Shown here piece after piece: positions 41,037 through 52,870 of a DNA stretch of 64,000 nucleotides (position 1 is the stretch's first letter; each line of letters opens with the position of its first letter). Below the pieces are notes generated by a model. It ran no database searches. It was given only the letters and a program-made list of their open reading frames with translations, and was not told where the DNA came from. The translations under genes and the position numbers were made by a program. Source of the DNA: Pavona decussata (lineage: Eukaryota). The stretch lies in NCBI GenBank assembly GCA_977016875.1, contig CDRNST010000011.1, positions 1,116,001 to 1,180,000 on the forward strand. Reading direction: 5' to 3'.

Positions 41037-43635
41037 GCAGACTGAACACTCAAAAATAAAAAGCAATATAGCGTATTTTCTATTTGGTTAGATTCATTTC
41101 AATACAACTGGAAATTCATTACAAATTTCAGACCACTAATTTCTCGCAAAATGGCGTTATCATTGCTATTTGTTTTGCCTTTCATAAGATTTTCATAGGA
41201 ACGACAAGTTAAATCATTCATTATGAATGTGCGTTGTAGAAGTCAGATTCGATGAGAAAAGATAAAACAGTAGCAGAATAACGTGACAAATTGTCTGATC
41301 AGTCTGCCTGTCAGTTCCTACGTGTCTTCTGGTTTTTGACTCTTGTGCTGTTAAGATTAAAGTTTTCGACCTAGTATACCTCAGGCTTTTGCTGATAGGA
41401 CTTACATTCTGTAGTTTTAATTTTAGTAGGAGACTGACAAATGAACGAAAGGTTTCTTTAGTTTGAATTTGTTACAGTTAGATTTAAGAAATAAAACACT
41501 GTTTTGTTGCCGTAAAATGTCTGCTCTAGTCTTTGTATCGCAAGCCCACGTAAAAATATGTGCAATGACGTTTTTTCCTGTATTAATCAAACTACTAAAT
41601 GGCGTTGAGCTGTGGTTAAATTTAGTTTCTTAAAATATCATCCTGAATAGAAAATGCCGTAAGCTTATAGTAGCTGTCGTGACCTATGGCGAGAAGGTCA
41701 TCAATTCCGGTATTTCGCAATTCGACATAATTTATGCGTCATACTGTTTTCGGCACGGTACTCGATTCGGCACTTTACAAGCCCCCCCATTTCTTTCCAT
41801 AAATAAAATGTCATTCAGGAATTTATCTCGTTACATTTTACTAAATAAAGTTATAGACAGGATAACATTTGTTAATTCCTTGCTTTCTTAGGTCATACAC
41901 TTGCAAAACTGTACAATTTCCCAAGTGGATCTGGCAGGGAGGAGAAGCCCAGAATTCTTCGACGTAGTTCGGTACAAGATATACTGTCACTTGTGAAAGT
42001 AACTTGCACTCAAGATAAGTTTGCATCAATCTCAGATCTAACAGGCAAACTGGACCTATTCACATTCATTATGCTCTGTATTAATTTCACAATTTCCTTG
42101 CAAGGGACTTCCTAACTAAAAGGAGCGAGCTTAAGGGACGTCACTGAACTGACGTGTTCGTAATGAAGATAATCGTTTAGACTGTGATTCGTTTTCTTAA
42201 TACTTGAACCAAAAATTACCATGGATATGGTTAGACTCTGACAGGCATTAGTTAAAGTCACTTTTCTTTCTTAGATCATGGAGTGCATTACAGAAAGAAA
42301 GGAAATCGCTTTCCAACACGTGTGTCTTAACTGAAATACTGTACTTCTTTCACCTAATTAGTTTTTAAATGTCATCACTACAATGTCAGCAATAACAGAA
42401 CAAGACATTCAATCAATTTTTCTGTGCCAGGCATTTTATCCCAACGAGCCGACTGCAGCTATAAATTGAGACTGATGGTCATTTTGCAAGGGACCAGTTC
42501 CTTGGCGATCCTTAACTCTTAACTGGGGTGCAAATATAGTTCTCTCCGCAAATGAAGTCAATTGCGCAATTCTGCATAAAGTCAGTAAATATATCTACTT
42601 TGTCTTACCCTATAGCATAAAATTGATGACTACAGATGGCAGATTGTCTACAGGCTGCTCAATGATGGCAACTGGTAGACGGTTAGACTGCAACTATTTT
42701 GGTCAGGTGTCAATGGCTTATAGGATGGTAAAAACTTTGTATACTTCAAAGTGGTTGACAAGTCGAGCAGAGTTTCTGCAAAATGTTTGTAAAAGCCAGC
42801 ATATCTTCAAAAGTCTTACAGTGTCTCCAGTTAATGTGCTTACTAGCCTGAATAAAATGAACAGTGGCAGATCGTTGTAATAGCAAGGATTTATCCCGCA
42901 TACAATTCATGATATGCACAAGATGGTGGCTCACAAAAGCACATGGCCAACTAATCCAACATCTCCTCTCAAAGTTTGAGTGCTAACTTTGTGTACACAG
43001 TTCGGTACACACATTCCTTTGCTTTTCTTGAAAAGCGTGTTGAAATGGAATCGCCTGAGAGAGGAAAATTTCAGTGCAAAGGAATTTTGCTCTCCTGCTC
43101 ATGTGATCTTCCAGCGCAGTGCTTTCTTTGTAATAGTATGCAATACAATGGAGAGAACGGCTGCTGGAAATCTCTACAGCCTGGACAAATTGTGCGAAGG
43201 GGCGTTCGCGGACACAGTAGGGCATTTCTCTACCAAAATGACAATCCTAAAGGACTGCTAAGAACTTCACAAGGCGTTCGAGAAGATGCAATTGGAGCAG
43301 CTACACTCCAGCAACAAGATGGTTTTTTTTTATTTTATTTTATTTATTTAGTTTGCCCAAAATCAACATCTTTTACTATATTTCATTCATCACTGAAGCA
43401 ACAGCATTGAGCAGGAAGTCTCAGAAGCCTTTCAAGGCTTATCGAGGAGACCCCCCTTACTAACTGTTACTAATAACTCTGGCGATATATGAAATCATCT
43501 TAATCTACATTAAATTATAAATTCCTATAATAGGGCAAGGAACGAGCTACAACTAAAATATACTAATAACATCAAAGAGATCAAGAGAAAAAATCCTAAT
43601 TAGCGAAGAGTAAAAAATACAAGAATTGTTTGTAT

Positions 43636-45017
43636 CTATACTTGATTTGTGAGGATAAAGTTTTTTAGTTTTCGTTTAAAAGTTGATTGACATCTGGTTT
43701 TTTTAAGATCACTTGGCAAGTTATTGAATACATCTACTCCCTTATAGCTTATACTAAATTTTCTTATATTTGCTTTGATTAAAGGCTTGTGTAATTTTTT
43801 GGTTGATCGTGTATTATAATTATGCACATCTTCATTAGTCCTGAAAATGTTCTTCAAAGAAGTAGGTAATTGATTATTTATGAATTTTCTTGTTAATATG
43901 GCAATAGTCTAATCATTAATTTGATATACATTCAGTATCTGAAACTCATCAAATAATGGTTTTAAGCTATAATTGTATTGTTTGAAAGTCATTATCCGTA
44001 CAATTTTCTTTTGTAGTTTATATATCCTGTTTAGATGGGATGGGTATGCATTAGCCCAAACAATATTTCCATAATAAATATAGGGATAGATTAAAGCATA
44101 ATAAATTGATTTCAGCAAAGATTTAGTTATATAATGCCTTGCCTTCAGAATATTCCTGTACATCTTGATATTTTGTTTGCTACATAATTGATGTGTTCAG
44201 TCCATTTCAACTGTTCATCAATTATTGTTCCAAGAAATTTTGTATGTTGTACTTGAGTAATACAATGGTCTTCTACCTTAATTCTTAATTTATGATTCAT
44301 TTTCTTCCTTGATGATTTAAATAGCATAAAGTTAGTTTTTGTGAGATTGAGTGATAATTTGTTTAATTGAAGCCAAATGGTTACTTTTTCTAATTCTTCG
44401 TTTATTTTGGCTATCAGTGTACCCAGATTTTTATGAGACATTAACAAATTAGTATCATCTGCAAAAAGAACTAAAGATAATATGTTCGAACTATTACAGA
44501 TATCGTTAATGTAAATTAAAAACAGTAGTGGCCTGAATCCATATTGGTGACTACTGAGTACACATATTTTGTTTAAGTAATTCAATAATCGTTTGTACAT
44601 CATTTTCTCTAATACTTTAGAAAAACAAGGTAACAAAGATATATGTCTGTAGTTTGTGAATTCACATTTGTCTCCTGTCTTGTATACTGGAATAATAATC
44701 GAAGTTTTTAAGTCTACAGGTATCTTACCAGTAATAAAAGTGAGATTTATAATGAATGATAACAGTACACTTAGTTCTGATGCTAATAGTTTAGCTACCC
44801 GGGGCATGATATTATCATGTCTGCAGCTTTTTGATGGGTCAAGATTTTCTAATTCTCTCTTAATTTCCTGTTCACAAACAGGTGATAACAGCATCGAAAC
44901 CATAAAACTTCCCTTCAAGTAATCTTTGAATGATAAATTAGTATTGGTTGTTATCTTCTTAGCAAGGTTCGTTCCAACGTTAACAAAATAATCATTGAAC
45001 ATGTTAACGATTACCTT
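43636..45017 (-). pseudogene. LINE ORF2 RT part with internal deletion and frameshifts
   Basis: NYRHISLL, QYGFR fused directly to PLLFLIYIND, LFADDT, KFLG. Confidence 0.9.
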
Positions 45018-48000
45018 CCTGTTGGTATTTAACGTAATGCGCCAAGATGGCAGCACGCTTTTGGAATTTGCTCTACCTTATTGGGGTCTTTAATCAACTT
45101 ATTCCAAGGTCTCAGTCTCCCATTACCAAGTTGCAAAGCAATAAGAACTTCTGCTACCTATTGAGTATCAATGGGGAATCCAATGCACTTGGTACACGGA
45201 ATTTTCCTCCTTTTCCTGGCCCACTTTTCAGGCCGTCATTGAAGCGCATCGAGTCTTCAGTCCATGCAATCAACTACTCGATTTCAAAACTCAGCAAACA
45301 TGGAAGCACAGCGCTCATACTTCCTGGTCGGTTATTCTGGATTGACCTCACGATCCACATGGATATTCAATGCAACCCAGGACCTGAAAGGCTGGAAAAC
45401 TCTCAAATAAACCATCTGCAGCCATCGGATAACAGCTCCCGAAATTTGACTAATCGCGCTTCAAACGCCATTAAATATTCAAGATCTGAGCTACTACAAC
45501 TGCGGTTACGGCAATTTAAAATCCCAGACGAAACCTTCCATTTGCTGAAAAACAATGGAATATTGAGAACACGAGGAGTTCGCTCTGGTCAGGCCGTCTG
45601 AAACCGTAAACATAATATTGCAATCTCTCATGTTCAGTGGAAACCTGACAACACAAAACCTGGCGAGAGAGGAGTTAATTTGCATAACCTATGCTCAGTA
45701 AAGTGCGTTAAAGAAAACAAACAACCTTCCAAAGCGCCCGGTGGGCTTGAAATCCTTCATTTGAATATTAGATCGCTAAAAAATCGCGCTCACTTGCTTG
45801 AGCTACGACAACTTGCATCTGAAAGGAAAAGCGGCATCATTACAATCTCTGAAACATGGCTCAATACCACCATCACTTCAGCAGAGATACAAATCGAGGG
45901 TTACAAATTACACAGGTTAGATCGACTTCACAAAGGAGGCGGGCGGAGTAGGTGCCTATGTCCGCAAAGATCTCAAATCATCTGTACTGAAGGAGTTGTC
46001 ATCGATATCCGAGCGAAATTTCCATCAGCTTTGGATAAATGTCCAGTGCAAGAAACTAAAATCAACTATAATTTGCGTTACATATCGCCCCGACGACTCT
46101 CCTCTGAGTTCCTTCGAAGAAGTACTTAAGCCCAACTATATTCAAGCCCTGCTGTTTGACAAACCGATCACAATCATAGGCGATCTAAACTGCGATGGCC
46201 TCAAGAAAACAGGCCCTGAATTCAAAGCTCTGGAGAAATTCTATACGGATATGAACCTGAAACAACTCATTACAAAACCAACCAGGATAACATCGACCAC
46301 TCAATCCCTGCTCGACGTTATCCTAGTCTCCTCCAACAATTCAGTGCGAGACAGCGGTGTAATACATCGACCAATTAGTGACCATTCAATTGTCTTTGTC
46401 AAGCTCAAGGTTAAGAAACCCAAGACTACTCCTCAGTACATAACCACTCGAAGTTACAGGAAGTATAATGCGGATCTCTTTGTCATGGATCTAGCTAATG
46501 AAGTGGACTCCCTGCTCACTATCTTCGATCAAACCGATGTAGACTCTAAGCTTAATATTTTAAATGACACTTTGCAGTCTGTCCTGAGCTTACACGCTCC
46601 CGTGAAACAAATTAAACTTCGGAGTAGACCGTGCCCTTTGTGAACCAGGAAATCAAGGATCTCATGAGATCGCAAGATCTCCTCCTGAAGCAATTCATAC
46701 AGTCTCGCCAAGACACCGAGTGGATAAATTTCAAACATTCCCGGGACTTGGTCAAGAAAAAGCTACAAGAGGCTGAAAGAGATCACACCTTTGAAGAGGT
46801 CACAGCTAATAAAAACAACTCTGGCTCACTCTGGAAAATTATTAATCGCGCCATCCCCTCCAAAGATAAGCAGAGACTAGCCTTTACAAAGGATGTGACA
46901 GTCTTAACCTAGGAATTCAATCAGTTTTTGCTAAACTCGGCTTAAATGCCGCTGACGCAGTACAGCGCCTGAGGGAAGAACATAACATCATAGTCCGAGA
47001 TTTTTCAACCGAAACTGGCATAGATACTACCTCTATGGAATTATTCAATTTAAGGACAGTGTCACTCGAAGAGGTTCGCCGAATTGTAACATCTCTCCCA
47101 ATGAATAAATCTCCGGGACCGGATAAGATCAGCGCTCGTGTACTAAAAGACTGTCTCCCTGTCATACTGGGCCCTCTTACTGACATCATCAATTGTTCTA
47201 TCCATACTAGCTCATTTCCTGACAACTGGAAAGAGGCTGAGGTGATTCCGATTCTTAAAGACGGTGACCATGAAAAAGCTGCCAACAACAGGCCGTTATC
47301 TCTGCTAGCCGTAGCTTCAAAGGTCCTCGAAAGGATTGTTTTGAATCAGTTTAGCGCCTACCTCACGAAAAACAATCGCCTTACCTCACACCAAAGCGGC
47401 AATAAAAAAGCTCATTCTACAGAGACCTTAAACATCCTGCTCACGGATAAGATACTCGAAGCAATGGATAAAAAGCAGATAACAGCACTAGTACTATTAG
47501 ATCTATCCAAAGCCTTCGACAGTATAGACCATGCAAGGTTGCTCCACAAACTCTCCATGTTAGGAGCCTCACCCTCTACTGTCAAATGGTTCAAGAGCTA
47601 TTTAACTGGTCACAGGCAATACGTGAGAATTGGCTCCATCTACTCTGACACTCTACCTATAACTCACGGAGTTCCTCAAGGCGCAATTCTATCACCATTG
47701 TTGTTCTGCATTTATCTCAACGATTTACCCACGTCACCGACGTTTTGCAACCTAGAATCGTATGTGGATGACTCAAAGCTATTCATGTCATTTCCTCTCG
47801 TTGAGGTTGATGCTGCCATTGAAAAGCTCGAACAAGACCTTCACAGTGTAGCTCAATGGTGCTGTGAGAACCATCTACTTATCAATCCCGATAAAACTAA
47901 ACTCCTTTTCCTCGGTACCAGACAGATGTTAAGCAGGTTACCAGAAGACCCTAGAGTGGTATTCTTAGGTAAAACACTGAAGCCAACAGACTCTGCCAAG

Positions 48001-48757
48001 GACTTGGGAGTCTTTCTTGACCCCCATCTGACCTACGATCACCATATTTCATGTGTAGTGTCATCTTGTTTCGCAAAGCTCTGCCAAATAAATAGAGTCA
48101 AAAGGAGCTTCGACAAGGAAACACTAGAGTTGTTAATAACATCATTAGTTTTTAGCAAGATGCTTTACTGCTCATCTGTATGGTCTAATACTACACTCCA
48201 GAATATAAACAGATTACAATCTATTCAGAATTTTGCCAGCAAGATCGTAACAAACTCTAGGAAGTTTGACGACGTAACACCTTTGCTTCGAGAGCTAAAC
48301 TGGCTTCCTGTTAAAGAACAATTATTCTATAGAGACTCCGTTTTGACCTTTAAATGTCAGAACGATCTTGTGCCTCAATACTTAACGAGCAAGTTTACCA
48401 AGCGCTCAAATATACATACTCGTAACACACGTACACGGAACTCTTTGCAGATTCCGCTATACAGAACGGCTATAGGCCAGCGCACATTTTCCTATAGAGG
48501 GGCCTACATATGGAATAACTTGCATAATGAACTTAGGCAAAGTGCCTCATTGGCATCTTTCAAACGCACCCTGAAAGACACACTATTGAGGCAGACATTT
48601 CCTTCATAAGCTTTAAATTTTAGTAAAATACCAGCATAAATTGTGATCTCGAGTTTTTATTGTCATTTTTGCTTTTATAAATTGGAAATAGTTTGTAAAT
48701 AGTTCCTGAAAAACCTCACGAGGATGTTACTATTAAAGTTATTTATTTATTTATTTA
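45018..48757 (+). mobile_element. L2/CR1-group LINE nested in opposite orientation; one long ORF (2A-like, APE, RT) now broken
   Basis: HLNIRSL, SETWL, YRP, GDLN, SDH, LDLSKAFD, GVPQG, YVDD; (ATTT)n tail near 48740-48757. Confidence 0.93.
47035..48609 (+). CDS. Reverse transcriptase domain of the nested LINE (open segment)
   Basis: 524-aa ORF containing all the main RT motifs. Confidence 0.9.
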   Translation: MELFNLRTVSLEEVRRIVTSLPMNKSPGPDKISARVLKDCLPVILGPLTDIINCSIHTSSFPDNWKEAEVIPILKDGDHEKAANNRPLSLLAVASKVLERIVLNQFSAYLTKNNRLTSHQSGNKKAHSTETLNILLTDKILEAMDKKQITALVLLDLSKAFDSIDHARLLHKLSMLGASPSTVKWFKSYLTGHRQYVRIGSIYSDTLPITHGVPQGAILSPLLFCIYLNDLPTSPTFCNLESYVDDSKLFMSFPLVEVDAAIEKLEQDLHSVAQWCCENHLLINPDKTKLLFLGTRQMLSRLPEDPRVVFLGKTLKPTDSAKDLGVFLDPHLTYDHHISCVVSSCFAKLCQINRVKRSFDKETLELLITSLVFSKMLYCSSVWSNTTLQNINRLQSIQNFASKIVTNSRKFDDVTPLLRELNWLPVKEQLFYRDSVLTFKCQNDLVPQYLTSKFTKRSNIHTRNTRTRNSLQIPLYRTAIGQRTFSYRGAYIWNNLHNELRQSASLASFKRTLKDTLLRQTFPS

Positions 48758-50022
48758 GTAACTAGTTCATTATCTTTCTTAAATTCTGTAACATGAACTG
48801 TCTCTTTCTTCTTTCTGTTGAGTACATCATTTACTAGTTTCCACGTCTGTTTTATGTTGCCTTTAGTAGTATCAAATTGTCGTTCAAAATATTTCTTTTT
48901 CAGAATAATTTTTAGCTTATTCAACCTGTTATAATAATATTTGTACTTTGCCTTCATTTCTTCACTTACGTTGCTTAAACGTTTTTGGTATAGCATGTGT
49001 TTAATTCTAAAAGATTTAATGAATCCTTTTGTGATCCAAGGTTTGCTGCTGGTTTTAGACTCTTTATTAGAATAATTCTTTTCAGGAATACATGTATTAT
49101 ACAAGCATAGAAATGTTTGCTGAAAATATGAATAAGCATCGTCAACATCATTGATTGTCTTAAGATATTCCCAGCTTATATTATGTATTTCGTTACGCAA
49201 CTTATCTATGTTTGCCTTGGTTAATTCTCTCCTCTTGAAAGAATTCTTTTTCGGTTTTTGTATATTTAAATTCGGTAATATTTGAAAAACAGGTAAGTGA
49301 TCTGAGAGGTCATTAATCAAAATACCACTTGAGCAGTCTAAGTAACTGTTATTAATAAATATGTTATCAATTATTGTTGCTGAGTTAGTTGTTATTCTTG
49401 TTGGTCTGATAATGACAGGATAAAACTGCGAGCTATACATTTGATTAAGAAATCTGTTTGCATGTTCATTGCTCCCATATTTTAAGAGATCAATATTAAA
49501 ATCACCCATTAATATACAGGTCTTGTTTTCTTTATCCATTGTGTGAAGGATTGTTTTCAATTCTGTTTCAAAGTCATTAAAATTATTGGTGGGTGGTCTA
49601 TAAATCATTCCTATTATAATTTTATCATTTTCCTTAAGGAATGTCTCTATAAAAATACTCTCTATGACATCATCTTTTTGTAAGTTCAAGTCATTTCGAA
49701 CACGGTAAGTCAAAGCTGAAGATATAAACATCCCTACTCCTCCACCAGACTTTGTTTTCCTGTTAATATTAACAAATGAGTAACCTGGTAAATGGATAAG
49801 TGATTCGTTGTCATTATTAAGCCACGCTTCACTAATACCAATCACTGAAAATTTATGTGCTAATTCCTTGAGGTACTGTTGCAAGTCATCTACTTTGCCC
49901 ATCAAACTTCGTACATTTTGATGATATAAAGAAAAGTAGGAATTATCCGATAGACTATCCGAAATTTCGCTTTTAAACTTATCCTCAAGATAATAGTCGC
50001 ATTTCGCAATATTGTCAATCAT
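48751..50022 (-). pseudogene. LINE ORF2 APE endonuclease part, cut by a nested insertion
   Basis: HQNVRSL, GGGVGMFI, IYRPP, MGDFNIDL, IIDNIF, LSDHLP. Confidence 0.92.
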
Positions 50023-50373
50023 ACCTTGATACTGATGATATTTTCAAGTCTGACATACCTGAGTTTTGATTAAAAGGATCGAACACTAAATTCTTTAAAC
50101 TATCATTATCTTTCTGAAATATTTGTTGTCTAGTATCGAGTGTAAATAGATCAGTGAACTCAATATCTTCTATTTGTGTAAACCGTATTGATTGTTGTGA
50201 ACCAGCACGGGTTACATCTTGATCAATTAAGACATTCGAACAATTAACGTGGAGGTTTATACCACATTTTTCACAAGAATTTTGTTCTCCACTTATTTGT
50301 CTATTACAATGAAAACAAATGAATTGTATTATAGTTCATAATTTACAATAAAATCTGATCTACTTTACACTCT

Positions 50374-51207
50374 TTATTCAATGTTATGTAATTCAATCCA
50401 ACCTTTCAGTTCCATCACTCGTGCATCATCCTTCAATTTATATTTAATTTTTCCATTTGTAAACCATGCAGTTTCAACTGAACGCTTCTCCTTTAGCCTC
50501 TTCAAACGTTGAGCAAGGTCATGGGCCATATCTTGCAGTAACACCAGCTTTTTCCCCTTGAGCTGCCGTCGCCTCACAAGAAGACACATCTTTGTTTTAT
50601 TTGATACTAGTTTGGCGATGACAACTCGAGGTTTTGGGGTTTGAGTTGACCTTTGGTCGTTGCAATCAGTTACTCTTCTTACACCAACTCTATGTATGAT
50701 TTTAACTTCCTCTGGCTTAACCTCCTCTCCAAGGTTGTCCTGCATACACGTAATGAATTTAGCTTTTAGGTTTTTGTCTGGTTCTTCTTCAAGGCCAAGC
50801 AGTCTGATGTTATCCTTACGAGAATACTGTTCATTGCGGACAGCATACTCACATGTTGAATCAATGTCTTTTCGTAGATCATGTTCAACATCGTTCACGG
50901 TCTCATTGAAGTCTTCTTTCATCTGCAACAGCTGTTCCTGTACACCCTCAAATTTCTCCTGTAGGTCCGCTATTTTCTCGTCCATCATGGCGCTTAGTCT
51001 AGTGGTAAATTTGTCAAGCTTCTCATCCAAGACACTTCTAAGAGCTTCAAGAATCTCGGGTTGGAGATTTTGCATCCTATCCCTTGTCGTTTTCGCCTGT
51101 TTCTTGCTCAGGCTTGTATTTGTGCGCCCCGGTGTTGGTGGGGCACGAACAAAGCTTCTTTTTCCCTTAGCTCCTTCACGCACTTCTGTTATGGCCGCCA
51201 TCTTCAA
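50374..51207 (-). CDS. LINE ORF1 (coiled coil plus RRM-like domain)
   Basis: Coiled coil followed by EQYSRKDNIRLLGLEE, IIHRVG, PRVVIAKL. Confidence 0.88.
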   Translation of the reverse strand: MKMAAITEVREGAKGKRSFVRAPPTPGRTNTSLSKKQAKTTRDRMQNLQPEILEALRSVLDEKLDKFTTRLSAMMDEKIADLQEKFEGVQEQLLQMKEDFNETVNDVEHDLRKDIDSTCEYAVRNEQYSRKDNIRLLGLEEEPDKNLKAKFITCMQDNLGEEVKPEEVKIIHRVGVRRVTDCNDQRSTQTPKPRVVIAKLVSNKTKMCLLVRRRQLKGKKLVLLQDMAHDLAQRLKRLKEKRSVETAWFTNGKIKYKLKDDARVMELKGWIELHNIE

Positions 51208-51849
51208 ATACCTTTATCTAACGTTTATTTGAACGTGATTAAGGTATGTTCTATGCTTTGTATCATTTTCGTTGTCGGCTAAAGATTTACATCTGAATGT
51301 TGTGCCATTTGAACAGTAATCTGCAATGCGAAAACGAAGCACTCATCGGCCGTGCTCGAAGAATTTTTGAATGTTACATGCTATATTGTCAATGGAGATG
51401 AAGGACCATCAAGGCTTTCTTCGCTACAGCATTTTGACTTAATTAGGTGTATGGCAATTGACTACATGCACAGAGTCATTCTCGGTGTACAGAAACTACT
51501 TTTAACCTTGTGGTTTTGCTCAAACTTCTCAAAGCAAAACTTAAGCATATCCTCTTAAGTAGACACCATTGATTTTAGGCTGAGCCAGATTTTGCCACCT
51601 TCTGAAAATAAGCGTCTTCCCCTTTCCATTGCCTACTATTTGAAGTACTGGAAAGCAAGTGAACTACGCTCATTTCTGCTTTATTACAGCCTACCAACCC
51701 TTTGTGGCCTTTTACCAGATAATTACTTTACACATTACACGTTATTTGTCCAAGCTATTTACATTCTTTTGCAAGATTCAATTTCTGAAGCTGATTGTCA
51801 ATGATGGAGCCTAGGAATTTCACAGAGGTCTAGAAAAACTGGCATTTCT

Positions 51850-52870
51850 CAATGTTGAGGGTTATACCAGCCTCTTGCAGACAATGCAGTGTAGCTCTAA
51901 CATGTCTGTCGTGTTCTTCTTGGTCAGCTCCATGAACGAGAATGTTATCCATTTGGCATATTACACCATCAACATCTTCAACGATTTCAGACCATTGTAT
52001 GTTGGAAAATCTCTGAGGCAGAGCTTATGCCAAATGGAAGGCAGTTAAAACAGTATCAACCGAAGGGTGTTACAAATGAACTCAGCAGTTTTGACTCTTC
52101 ATCAAGGGGGAGCTGCCAAAATCCACCTTTAGCATCAAGTTTGGTGAAGCGACTTTTTCCCAGCTTGGCAAACTTTCCTCGACTGACGGCATCGGATGGA
52201 TTTATCGCTGGACTGCCTTGTTTAACTGAATTATATCAACACAGAGTCTAACATTGCCATTTGGTTTGGGGACTGGGACGAGAGCAGAGCACCAGGCAGT
52301 TGGTACAGTTACTGGTGAGATGACTCCCTGTTGAAGAATGAAGCCCAATTCTTGTTTAACCTTTGGCAATAGCGGACAAGGGATTTTTCTTGGTGTGTAA
52401 ACATAATAGGACTTTGTTTCAGGTTGCAGCGATATGTGAACTTCAGTCTTCACCTTTCCCAGGGCACTGAATAGTGAGGAGAATTCGGTTTTGAAATCAG
52501 CATGCTGTGTATCAGCAATTTCTTCATCAGTACGGTTGATTAGCCCCAGTGCAACACAGGCTTTTCTGGCTAGTAGTGGACAAGACTGGTCTGGTATGAC
52601 ATACACCGGTTCAGTGACCTTTCTCTGGCGGTAAGAGAAGTTGGCTTGAAACATGCCAATGACTGGGATTTGAATATTTCCAGGGCCTCACAAGGTTTGT
52701 TTTGGTTTGACTAACTTCTGATCTTTTAGCCACGAGGTATGTGCACCAATGGCTATGACTGCAGAACCAGTATCCAGCTTAAAGAGAGTATTTCGGCCAT
52801 TAATCCCAAGTTGGGCGGTCCAACCACCCTCTGTAGTTTGAACTTCCCCTAGAAATAGAACCATTGTTAG
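51850..52870 (-). pseudogene. Gypsy LTR-retrotransposon pol fragment (protease and RT)
   Basis: FKLDTGS, VPVPKPNGNVRLCVD, LDAKGGFWQ, LPFGISSASEIFQ. Confidence 0.9.

Larger units (their letters stand above)
31237..41779. mobile_element. 10.5-kb non-autonomous Ginger-like DNA transposon with a cargo gene
   Basis: Perfect 54-bp TIRs (31237-31290 and 41726-41779) starting TGTAAAGTGCCGAATCGAGTACC; exact AGCCC TSD at 31232-31236 and 41780-41784; no integrase motifs seen. Boundaries are firm, the Ginger assignment is inferred from the termini. Confidence 0.9.
29446..42740 (+). pseudogene. Decayed spliced Ulp1/SENP-like protease gene split by the 10.5-kb TIR element
   Basis: Exons WLNDS (to 30052), VINSYMAVLEK (30231-30278), LDISAYKK*VFPC*ATQQYHWIL (about 30670-30740), then beyond the element VIHLQNCTISQVD (41892-41971). 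Outer limits approximate. Confidence 0.7.
43322..51357 (-). mobile_element. Near full-length CR1/L2-group LINE (ORF1, APE, RT), interrupted and internally deleted
   Basis: ORF1 50374-51207, APE 48751-50022, RT with LFADD at 43636-45017, A-rich tail at 43323-43349. Confidence 0.92.
43040..51804 (+). pseudogene. EnSpm/CACTA transposase fragments split by a LINE insertion
   Basis: CDLPAQ...QYNGENGCW (43040-43320), continuing as IDYMHRVILGV and YWKASELRSFLLYY (51370-51804). Confidence 0.85.

Noticed and set aside
31237-41779. LTR retrotransposon (TG..CA termini, 5-bp TSD)
   Set aside because: The termini are inverted rather than direct repeats, and there is no gag or pol.
50660-51232. 190-aa plus-strand ORF
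   Set aside because: Antisense shadow of LINE ORF1.
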